DNA of 64,000 nucleotides, taken from NCBI GenBank assembly GCA_030390025.1, contig JASTWF010000034.1:3968001-4032000 (forward strand). The letters are read 5' to 3'. The notes beneath the pieces are model-generated. The model saw nothing but the letters and a program-made list of their open reading frames with translations. It was not told the DNA's origin and ran no database searches. This document shows positions 13,620-23,957 of the stretch, piece by piece. This DNA is from Squalus acanthias. Its lineage: Eukaryota. Position 1 is the stretch's first letter. Every line of letters starts with the position of its first letter. The position numbers and the translations under genes are program-made.

Positions 13620-14700
13620 ACTTCCCGCTCCCACATCGTTACCTCTGGTGTCCCCCTAGGATCCATTCTTGGCCCCCCTCCTATTTCTCATCTACATGTT
13701 GCCCCTTGGTGACATCATCCAAAAACACAGCATCAATTTCCACATGTACGCTGACGACACCCAGCTCTACCTCACTACCTCTTCTCTCGACCCCTCCACG
13801 GTGTCTAAATTGTCAGACTGCTTGACCGACATGAGCAAAAGTTTCTCCAAGTAAATATTGGGAAGACCGAAGCCATTGTTTTCGGTCCCTGCCAACAACA
13901 CCGTTCCCTTGCCACAGACTCAATCCCTCTCCCTAACATCTGTCTGAGGCAGAACCACACTGTTCGCAACAATGGTGTCATATTTGACTCTGAAATGAGC
14001 TTCCAACCACATATCTGCAGCATAAAAAAGGCCATCTACTTCCACCTCCGTAACATCGCCCGTCTCCGCCTTTGCCTCAGCTCATCCGCTGCTGAAACCC
14101 TCATCCATGCCTTTGTTACTTCTAGACTTGAATTTTCCAACGCACTCCTGGCTGGCCTCCCACATTCCACCCTATGTAAACTTGAGGCCATCCAAAGCTC
14201 GGCTGCCCGTGTCCTAACTCGCACCAAGTCCCGTTCACCCATCTCCCCTGTGCTCGCTGACCTACACTGGCTCCCGGTTAAGCAGCACCTCGATTTCAAA
14301 ATTCTCATCCTTGTTTTCAAATCCCTCCATGGCCTCGCCCCTTCCTATCTCTAATCTCCTTCAGCCCCACAACCCCCCGAGATATCTGCGCTCCTCTAAT
14401 TCTGCCCTCTTGAGCATCCCTGATTATAATCGCTCAACATTTGGTGGCCGTGCCTTCTGTTGCCTAGGCCCTAAGTTCAGGAATTCACTGCCTAAACCTC
14501 TCCGTCTCGCTACCTCTCTTTCCTCCTTGAAGACGCTTATTAAAACCTTCCACTTTGACCAAGCTTTTAGTCACCTTTCCTAATTTATCCTTCTGTGGCT
14601 CAATTTCAAAATTGTTTGTCTTAAAATACTCCTGTGAAGCGACTTGGGACGTTTTACTACGTTGAAGGCGCTATTTAAATACAAGTTATTGTTGTTGTAC
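13620..14700 (+). mobile_element. L2 LINE 3' fragment
   Basis: [38 protein letters not shown]; (TTG)n tail. Confidence 0.93.
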
Positions 14701-14939
14701 ATCTCTGGCTCTATAGAATCATGGAATGGATACAGCACAGAAGGAGGCCTTACGGCCCATCGAGCCCGTGCCAGCTCTCTGCAAGAGCACTTCAGCAAGT
14801 CCCACTTATCCAATCCCCTTTTGATATACTCCACACCCCTCACTGTAACACTGATATGCCTCACACCCCTCACTATAACACTGAAATATCCCTCACTGTA
14901 ACACTCGCATCCCATAAACGAATATAAAAAAGTGTTTCT

Positions 14940-15314
14940 GCTGCAGTTGCACTGAGGGCCGCGCATGCGCCCTGACCCCGCCCTGTCCAAGATGGCGGCG
15001 CGGGGAAAAGTCCCGCCTTTCTTCACCAAGATGGCAGCCGGTTACCGGGGTAACCCGGGCCTGTCGGCGGGGACAAAGCCTTCAGCAAGTTGGCGGACAG
15101 TCGCTCCGCTCACACGAGGCCCCGCGGGGTCTTATTCGGGGCCTGAGGCCTAGACCGGGTGGTTGTGAAGCTTCCCAGACCCCGCGGCGCCTGTTCCTCC
15201 CCGGCCCTCAGAATCTCCTGCCGCCTCTTGAATCGTTTGTTCGGCTATTAGTCCAACAGGAAATGCTCTGACAAAGTTATCGACCAGAAACGTTGTCTGC
15301 CTTTTTCTCTCCCG
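14940..15314. promoter_or_regulatory. CpG island with NRF1, GC-box, two YY1 and RFX X-box motifs
   Basis: GCGCATGCGC 14961-14970; CCCCGCCC 14976-14983; CAAGATGGCGGC 14988-14999; CAAGATGGCAGC 15027-15038; palindromic GTTACCGGGGTAAC 15041-15054; CpG-rich against a CpG-poor background. Confidence 0.75.
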
Positions 15315-15402
15315 TGATGTGGAGATGCCGGCGTTGGACTGGGGTGGACAAAAATGAGAAGTCGCACAACACCAGGTTATAGTCCAACAGATTTATTTAA
15401 TG

Positions 15403-15440
15403 TTACAAGCTTTCGGAGCTGTCGCTCCTTCGTCAGGTAA
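15403..15440 (-). ncRNA. Minimal hammerhead ribozyme in the inverted pLTR
   Basis: Exact reverse complement of 16504-16541. Confidence 0.85.
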
Positions 15441-15722
15441 GTTAGCAATGAGAGAATCTCCCAGAATTCACAATTTAAACCCAGACAAAATCTATTCACA
15501 TTATTCGCTACAACAAAGAGCACAGCCAAGACAATGAGATGTGTCCCAGGGGGTCCAACGTGTCAAACCACCTGCTGGCTGCATATCCTGTCAATTTGTG
15601 TTCTTGTGTTAGCCTTTTTAAAAAAAAAACACCTGGGAAGACCGGCCATGATGTCAAGTCACGTTCTGTATCGTGACATGAACCCGATATCGCGATTGAG
15701 GCCATCCTCATGAGTGCGGAAC

Positions 15723-16273
15723 ACCTTGCTAAGGCCATCCCCACGCCTCCACTACTCGCCTTCAAGCAGCCGCCTAACCTCAAAAGTACCATCGTTCGCA
15801 GCAGATTACCCATCTTTCAGGAGAACAGCAACCAAGACACCACACAACCCTGCCACGGCAACCTCTGCAAGACATGCCAAATCATGGACACAGATACCAT
15901 CATTACACGTGAGGACACGACCCACCAGGTACACGGTACATACTCATGTGACTCGGCCAACGTTGTCTACCTGATACGTTGCAGTAAAGGATGCTCCAGA
16001 GCATGGTACATCGGCGAGACCATGCAGACACTGAGACAACGTATGAACGGACACCGCGCAACAATCGCCAGGCAGGAGGGTTGCCTCCCAGTCGGGGAAC
16101 ACTTCAGCAGCCAGGGGCATTCAGCCTCGGATCTGCGGGTAAGCGTTCTCCAAGGCGGCCTTCGAGATACACGACAGCGCAAAATCATAGAGCAGAAACT
16201 GATAGCCAAGTTCCGCACTCATGAGGATGGCCTCAATCGCGATATCGGGTTCATGTCACGATACAGAACGTGA
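15723..16273 (+). CDS. Penelope ORF C-terminus: GIY-YIG endonuclease (5'-truncated, RT missing)
   Basis: PPNLK linker, CxxxxCxxC, NVVYLIRC...YIGET...LRQRMNGHR, VGEHF...GH, EQKLIAKFRT...GLN; no stops. Confidence 0.9.
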
Positions 16274-16503
16274 CTTGACATCATGGCCGGTCTTCCCAGG
16301 TGTTTTTTTTTTAGTTTTTTTTTTAAAAAGGCTAACACAAGAACACAAATTGACAGGATATGCAGCCAGCAGGTGGTTTGACACGTTGGACCCCCTGGGA
16401 CACATCTCATTGTCTTGGCTGTGCTCTTTGTTGTAGCGAATAATGTGAATAGATTTTGTCTGGGTTTAAATTGTGAATTCTGGGAGATTCTCTCATTGCT
16501 AAC

Positions 16504-16541
16504 TTACCTGACGAAGGAGCGACAGCTCCGAAAGCTTGTAA
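16504..16541 (+). ncRNA. Minimal type I hammerhead ribozyme in the Penelope pLTR
   Basis: ttac-CTGAcGA-a-ggagc(gaca)gctcc-GAAA-GC-TT-gtaa: core boxes, 5-bp stem II, palindromic loopless stem III (AGCT), stem I ttac/gtaa. Confidence 0.85.
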
Positions 16542-16605
16542 AATTAAATAAATCTGTTGGACTATAACCTGGTGTTGTGCGACTTCTCATTTTTTTCTCT
16601 CCCCG

Positions 16606-16765
16606 CCATGTTCCTGCTGCCGCCATTGCCTCGTCTGCACCACTCGTACTGCGCATGGTCGGAGCACTCCCCGGCCCCGCGCCTGCGCACTGGACTCCTG
16701 TAGTCATTGATTGGGCACTTTCTGCCGCGCGGGGGATCGTGGGTCAACACACCGCCATTGAATGC
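16606..16765 (-). promoter_or_regulatory. Promoter and start-codon region of the gene interrupted by the Penelope element
   Basis: gcaATGGCGG Kozak start at 16626 on the minus strand; upstream GCGCCTGCGC (NRF1-like), CCAAT on the minus strand and ACTACA; the promoter part is duplicated at ~32895-33030. Confidence 0.6.
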
Positions 16766-16769
16766 CACA

Positions 16770-18570
16770 AAACAGAGAGTAGCTTTTCAGACCGGCAAAA
16801 GGTGGAAAGTGGTGTTCCACAGGGATCGGTGCTGGGACCACTGCTGTTCACAATTTACATAAACAATTTCGACTCGGGAATTTGAAGTACAATTTCAAAA
16901 TTTGTCAATGATACTAAATTGGGAGGTATTAGTTACTATTGATGAAGACTGTGACATAATACAAGAAGACATTAATAAACTTGTAGAATGGAAGTGTAAT
17001 TGGCGAATGAATTTCAATATAGATAAGTGTGAGGTGGCGCCTTTTGGTACGAAGAATAAGGAGGCCAGATACTGCATTGAAAATAAGAGTATAAATGGGG
17101 TAGAGGAGCAATGCGATTTCGGGGTACAGATACACAGAACACTAAAAGTAGCAATGGAGGTTAATAGGGCCATACAAAACAAACAAAGCACTGGGGTTGA
17201 TTTCCAGAAGGATAGAATTGCAAAGCAGGGAGGTTATGTTAAACTTGTACTGACCCTGGGTTCGATCATACTTGGAGTACTGTGAAAAGCTCCGGTCTCT
17301 ATATTATTACGAGGGGCCCAATGGCCTACTCCTGCTCTTATTTCTTATGTTCTTAATGGCCCAGAAATTGATCTCGCTCTGTTCCCGCGGGGGTAAGCCT
17401 TCCCCGCGATGTCTCACCTCGCTTATGCTTTTTCTGATCCAGCTCGCACGAACTTGATGTTCCAGACATCAGCTGTGCTGGGCTTGCGTATCCCAGCGGC
17501 GTAGTGAATTCGTGCGAGCTGTGGGATCACGTGACTCAGTTAGAGCCAATGGCAGCACACCATCTTCCATTCATAAGTCTCACAGCATGGCTGTGAGACT
17601 TATGAATCTTACACCCCCCCAAAATAACAGCTAAACCTCAATTAAATTAAAAAAAAACCATCACATTCATAAAATAAGTATAGTTAATTAAATTAACCAT
17701 TTTAAATAAAAAATTAAATTTTTGCAAAAATTTAAAATCTTTTAAAAAGTTATAAAAATAAACTTACCTGTCTTTAAAGTCTATAAAAAAGATATACCTG
17801 TAAAAAAAAATTCAAAAAAATACTTAATTCACTACTTACCTTCTTAAAAGCGGGTCTTACTCCTCCTTTTTACATTTCCAAAATCTTCCCTACTTACCTG
17901 CGCGTCCAAAGCATGAAGTGCACAGCGTGCGCGCAGCCTGTAGCGCGCACGCGATGCACCCAGGACCCGCCCCCTTTTCAGAAGAGCAATTGCCGGTTTT
18001 CAGCGCATGCGCAGGGCATGCAGAAAACCGGCAATTGGAGTGGGAATACGCGAGAGTACGCAGTGCGTACTCTCGCGTCCCGGGATCAATTTTCGGCCCA
18101 ATATAGAGGCACTGGAGAAGGAGATTTGTAAGGATGATCCTAGAACAGAGAGGATATACTTCTCAGGAAAGGCTGAACAGGCTGGGTCTTTTTTCTCTTG
18201 AAGAAAGAGAATGCTGATGGATGACCGGATAGAGGTCTTTAAGATTATGAGAAGGTTATAAAGGGTGGTCGTGGAGAAAATGTTTCCACTTGTGGGAGTG
18301 CAAAACTGGAGATCATCAATATAAGATAGTCACTAATAAATCCAATGGAGAATTCAGGAGAAATTCTTCACCCAAAGAGTGGTGAGAATGTGGAACTCGC
18401 TACCACAGGGAGTAGTGGAGACGGATAGTACAGATGCATTTAAGGAGAAGCTCGATAAACACATGAGGGAGAAAGGAATATAAGGTTATGCTAATAGAAT
18501 TAGATGAAGAGGGGTGAGAGGAGGCTTGTGTGGGGAATAAACACCGGCACAAACCAATTGGGCAGAATAG
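16770..18570 (+). mobile_element. Old CR1 fragments interrupted by the MITE (paralog at 33030-34085)
   Basis: [26 protein letters not shown] and FFTQRVVRMWNSLP-type segments. Confidence 0.88.
17358..18099. mobile_element. 742-bp non-autonomous DNA transposon (MITE), PIF/Harbinger-like, 3-bp TSD AAT
   Basis: Imperfect TIRs GGCCCAGAAATTGATC / GGGCCGAAAATTGATC; AAT on both sides; empty site ttcttAATatagagg at ~33611-33625. Confidence 0.88.
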
Positions 18571-20450
18571 GTCAGAGGCAGAGTAAATCTACCCCAACAC
18601 TGCCCCATCAAACTCCCCCAGGGCAGGCACAACACGACTTAGACACAGTGTAAATCTCCCTCAGCATTGTCCCATCAAACACTCCCAGGGCAGTTTCAGC
18701 AAAGGTTAGATACAGAGTAAAGGTCCCTCTACACTGGCCCAACAAACTCTCACAGGGCAGGTACAGCACAGGTTAGATACAGAGTAAAGCTCTCTCTACA
18801 CTGTCCCATCAAACACTCTCAGGGCAGATACAGCACGGGTGAGATACAGAGTAAAGCTCCCTCTATGCTGTCCCATCAAACTATCTCAGGGCAGGTACTG
18901 CAAGGAGTAGAAACAGAATAAAGCTCCCTCTACCATGTCCCATCAAACTCACCCGGGGCAGTTTCAGCAGGTTAGATACAAAGTAATTCTCACTCTACAC
19001 TGTCCCATCAAACACTCCCAGGGCATGTTCAGAACATGTTTGACAGAGAGTAAGGTTCCCTCTCAACTGTGCCGCCAAACACTCCCAGGGCAGGTGCAGC
19101 ACGGGTTAGATACAGAGTAAAGCTCCCTCTAAACTGTCTCATCAAATTCTCCCAGGGCAGGAACAGCATGTGTTCGATGCAGAGTGAAGCTCCCTCTTCA
19201 ATGTCCCATCAAACATTTAAAGGGCATGTACAGCAGGGGTTAGAAACAGAGTAAAGCCCCCTCAACACTGTCCCATCAAACTCCCCCATGGCAGGTACAG
19301 CACGGTTAAGATACAGAGTAAAGCTCCCTTTACACTGTCCCATCAAACACTCCCAGGGCAGGTACAGTACGGGTTAGATCCAGAGTAAAGCTCCCTCTAC
19401 ACTGTCCCATTGAACAATCCCAGGGCAGGTACAGCACGGTGTAGATACAGAGTGAAGCTTCCTCTTAACTGTCCCAGCAAACACTCCTGGGGCAGTTTCA
19501 GACCACGTTTGATACAGAGTGAAGCTCCCTCTTCACTGTTTTATGGCAGGTACAGCACGGTTAAGATACAGAGTAAAGCTCCCTTTCCACTATCCCATCA
19601 AACCCGTCCAGGACAGGCAGAGCACGAGTTAGACACAGAGTAAAGCTGCATCAACACTGTCCAATTTATCACTACCAGGGCAGGTACAGCATGGAGTAGA
19701 TACAGAGTAAAGCTTCCTCTACACTGTCCCATCAAACACCCGCAGGGCAGGAACAGCAGCGGTTAGATACAGAGTAAAGCTCCCTCTGCACTGTCCCATC
19801 AAACACTCCCATGGCAGGTTCAGATCACGTTTGATACAGATTAAAGCTCCCCCTACACTGTCACGTTAAACACTGCCTAGGGGAAGGTTCAGAACAGGTT
19901 AGATAGAGTAAATCTCCGTCTGAACTGTCCCAGCAAAACACCCCCAGGGCAGGTTCAGACCACGTTTGATAGAGTAAAGCTCTCTCTACACTGTTCCATT
20001 AAACCCATCCAGGTCAGGCAGAACAAGAGTAAGACAGATTAAAACTCCCTCGACACTATCCCATCAAACTCTCCCAGAGCAGGTACAGCATGTGTTAGAT
20101 ACAGACAAAAGCTGCCTCTACAGTGTCCCATCAAACCCTTCCAAGACAGGCACAACACGATTTAGACACAAAGTAAAGCTGCAACAACACTGGCCCATCA
20201 AACACTCCCAAAGCAGGTGCAGAATGGATTAGATACAGATTAAAGCTCCGTTTACACTGTCCCATCAAATTCTCCCAGGGCAGGTAAAGCACAGGGTAGA
20301 TACAGAGTGAACCTCCCTCTACAATGTAACATCAAACACTCTCAGGGCAGGTACAGCACAGGTTAGATACAGAGAAAAACTCTCTCTACACTGTCCCATC
20401 AAATACTCCCAGGGCAGGTTCAGACAATGTCTGGAACATAGTAAAGCTCT
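18570..20450 (+). repeat. 67-bp satellite array (shorter arrays at 21950-22437 and 23140-23557)
   Basis: Diverged 67-bp units. Confidence 0.95.
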
Positions 20451-21950
20451 GAAATGAATATTTCATAGAAATCAGGCAGGGGAATTGTGATATACTTGAA
20501 CAAATTAGTATTGAGAGGGAGGAGGTACTAGCGGTTTTAGCGGGTTTAAAAGTGGATAAAACCCCAGGCCCTGACGGGATGTGTCCCAGGCTGCTGTGTG
20601 AGGCAAGGGAGGAGACTGCAGGGGCTCGGACTCAAATTTTCAGAACCTCTCTGACCACAGGGGAGGTGCCAGAGGACTGGAGAACAGCTAACGTAGTACC
20701 ATTGTTCAAGAAGGGTAGTAGGGATAAACCAGGGAATTACAGGCCAGTGAGCCTCACATCAGTGATAGGGAAATTATTGGGAAAAATTCTGAGGGTCAGA
20801 ATTAGTCTCCACTTGGAGAGGCAAGGATTAATCAGGGATAGTCAGCATGGCTTTGTCAGGGGGAGATCATATCTAACCAATTTGATTGAATTTTTTGAGA
20901 GGGTGACTAGGTGTGTGGATGACGATAGTGCAGTTGATGTCGTCTACATGCTCTTCAGTAAGGCTTTTGATAAAGTCCCACATGGGAGACTGGTCAAGAA
21001 GGTAAGAGGCCATGGGATCCAGGGCAATTTGGCACAGTGGATTCAAAATTGGATTAGTGGCAGGAGACAGATGGCGATGGTCGAAGGTTGTTTTTGTGAC
21101 TGGAAGCCTGTGTACAGTGGTGTAACGCAGGGATCGGTGTTGGGTCCTTTGCTGTTTGTAGTGTACATTAATGATTTAGATATGAATGTAAGTTCGCAGA
21201 TGACACGAAAATTGGTGGAGTGGTAAATAGCGAGAAGGGAAGCCTCAGACTACAGGACGATATAGGCGGGATGGTTAGATTGGCAGAACAGTGGCAAATG
21301 GAATTTAACTCTGAAAAGTGTGAGGGGATGCATTTTGGGAGGACAAACAAGGCAAGGGAATACACAATGAACGGTAGGACCCTAGGAAGGACAGCGGACC
21401 CTTGGCGTGCATGTACATAGATCCCTGAAGGCAGCAGGACAGGTAGATAAGGTGGTTAAAAAGGCATATTGGATACTTGCCTTCATTAGCCGAGGCATAG
21501 AATATACGAACAGGGAGGTTATGATGGAGCTGTACAAGACGCTGGTTAGGCCACAGCTGGAATACTGTGTGCAGTTCTGGTCGCCACACTATAGGAGGGA
21601 TGTGATTGCATTGGAGAGGGTGCAGAGGAGATTCACCAGGATGTTACCTGGGCTGGAGCGTTTCAGCTGTGAAGAGAGACTGGACAGGATGGGGTTGTTT
21701 TCCTTGGAGCAGAGAAGGCTGAGACGGGACCTGATTGAGGTGTACAAAATTATGAGGGGCATAGCTAGGGTGGTAAAAAAGAAATTCTTCCCTTCGTAGA
21801 GGGGTCAATAACCAGGGAGCAACGTTTCAAGGTAAGGGGCAGGAGGTTTAGAGGGTATTTGTGGAAAAACTTTTTCACCCAGAGGGTGGTTGAAACCTGA
21901 AGCTCACTCCCTTAAAGGGTGGTAGAGGCAGGAACGCTCACAACATTCAA
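20450..21950 (+). mobile_element. CR1 RT fragment (paralog at 37028-37880 has an internal deletion)
   Basis: PGPDG, NYRPVSLTS, FSKAFDKVPH, QGSVLGP. Confidence 0.93.
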
Positions 21951-22435
21951 ATCACTCCCAGGACAGGTACAGCACGGGTTAGATACAGAGTAAAGCTCCC
22001 TCTACAATGTCCCATCAAACACTCCCAGGGCAGGTACAGCTCGCGTTAGATAGAGTAAAGCTATCTCGACACGGTCGCATCAAATACTCCCAATGCAGGT
22101 ACAGCACAGTTTAGACACAGAGCAAAGCTCCCTCTACAATGTCCCATCAAATGCTCCCAGGGCAAGTACAGCTTCTATTAGATGCAAATTAAAGCTGCTT
22201 CTACACTGTCCCATCAAATGCTCCCAGGGCAGGTACAGCTTGTATTAGATGCAGAGTAAAGCTGCCTCTACACTGTCCCATCAAACACTCCCAGGGCAGA
22301 TTCAGACCACGTTTGATACAGTGTAAAGCTGCTTCTGCACTGTCCCATCAAACACTCCTAGGGCAGGTAAAGCACGGGTTAGATAAAGAGTAAAGCTCCC
22401 TCTACAATATCCCATCAAACATTCCTCGGGCAGGT

Positions 22436-23140
22436 AGATCAGTAGTTGGGAAAATGCAGGAATCTATTATAAAGGATGCAATAACTGGGCACTTAGAAAC
22501 TAATAGTAAGATTGGGCAGAGTCAACATGGATTTATGAAAGGGAAATCCTGTTTGACAAACATATTGGAGTTCTTTGAGGATGTAACTAGTGGAGTAGAC
22601 AAAGGGGAACCGGTAGATGTGGTGTATCTGGATTTTCATAAGACCTTCGATAAGGTCCCACACAAGAGGTTGGTGAACAAAATGAGGGCACATTGAATTG
22701 GGGGTAATATACTAGCATGGATTGAGAATTGGTTAACAGACAGAAAACAAAGAGTAGGGAGAAACGGATCTTTTTCAGGATGGCAGGCTGCGACTTGTGG
22801 TGTACCGCAAGGATCGGTGCTTGGGCCCCAGCTAGTCACAATCTATACCAAGGATTTGGATGAGGGGACTAAATGTAACATTTCCAAATTTGCTGATGAT
22901 ACAAAGCTAGGTGGCAGTGTCAGTTGTGAAGAAGATGCGAAGAGACTTCAAGGGGATATCAAAGGGCTCAGTGAGGGGCGTGAACATGGCAGATGGAATA
23001 TAATGTCGATAAATGTGAAGTTATCCAGTTTGGTAGACAAAACAGAAAGGCAGAGTATTTCCTAAATGGTGAAAGATTGGGGAACGCAGATGCACAAATG
23101 GACCTGGGTGTCCTTGTACATGAGTCATTGAAAGTGAATG
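22436..23140 (+). mobile_element. CR1 RT fragment (paralog at 38232-38934)
   Basis: SQHGFMKGKSCLTN, YLDFHKTFDKVPH, KFADDTKL. Confidence 0.92.
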
Positions 23141-23555
23141 TGCAGAGTAAAGCTTCCTCTAAACTGCCCCATCAAACACTCCCAGTGCAGGTTCAGACCA
23201 CGTTTGATACAGAGTAATGCTCCCTCTACACTGTCCCATCAAACTTTCCCAGGGCAGGTACAGCGGGAGTTAGAAACAGAGCAAAGCTCCGTCTGCACTA
23301 TCCCATCAAACACTTCCAGGACACATTCAGACAAGGTGTGATACAGAGTAAAACTCCCTTTACACTGTCCCATCAAACCCGTCCAGGACAGGGAGAACAA
23401 GAGTTAGACAGAGTAAAGCTCCCTCTATACTGTCCCATCAACACTCGCAGGGCGGGTGCAGCATGGATTAGATACAGATTAAAGCTCCCTCTACTCTGTC
23501 CCATCAAACGCTCCCAGGGCAGGTGCAGTACACGTTAGATACAGCATAAAGCTCC

Positions 23556-23790
23556 CTCACTGGAAGGAGACACACCGCGGGACACACTCACTGGAAGTAG
23601 TCACACCACGGGACACACTCACTGGAAGGAGACACACCGCGGGACACACTCACTGGAAGGAGACACACCGCGGGACACACTCACTGGAAGGAGACACACT
23701 GCGGGACACACTCACTGGAAGGAGAGTCCGTGGGACACACTCACTGGAAGGAGACACACCGCGGGACACACTCACTGGAAGGAGACACAC
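23556..23790. repeat. 31-bp minisatellite (~7.5 units)
   Basis: CTCACTGGAAGGAGACACACCGCGGGACACA tandem; the unit spans the donor of the orphan exon. Confidence 0.95.
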
Positions 23791-23910
23791 GGTGAGAAGG
23801 GCGGGGCCCGGGGGCGAGGGAGGGGCCCGGGGGAGAGGTCGATGCCCAGGAGTGGCGCAGCGGGGTCGGGAGGACAACACTGCAGCTTATGAATCCCAGG
23901 CAGAGAGGAC
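23776..23910 (-). other. Orphan 135-nt internal exon of an unidentified gene
   Basis: Strong acceptor tcctcctccctcttcccgcag|G and donor CCA|GTGAGT; length divisible by 3; phase-2 frame SSLPGIHKLQCCPPDPAAPLLGIDLSPGPLPRPRAPPFSPCVSF. Confidence 0.65.
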
Positions 23911-23957
23911 CTGCGGGAAGAGGGAGGAGGACAGTAGGAGTGGGTTTGTGTGTGTGT

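Larger units (their letters stand above)
15315..16591 (+). mobile_element. 5'-truncated Penelope-like retroelement with inverted pLTR
   Basis: 15350-15722 is the reverse complement of 16210-16591 (near-perfect); GIY-YIG ORF inside; tail extension 15315-15350; flanking tttttctctccc(c)g direct repeat. Confidence 0.95.

Noticed and set aside
15060..15095. GDKAFSK as the missing first coding exon of PEX5 (QDKALRQ)
   Set aside because: Wrong strand, and no similarity extends on either side.
15268..15300. Degenerate third hammerhead (ctgacaa...gaaacgtt)
   Set aside because: The CUGANGA core is broken and stem II is poor; the segment is better explained as the antisense of the reconstructed first exon.
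23556..23790. CRISPR-like arrays (30-, 31- and 40-bp repeats)
   Set aside because: Head-to-tail repeats with no unique spacers, no cas genes, and a vertebrate context.
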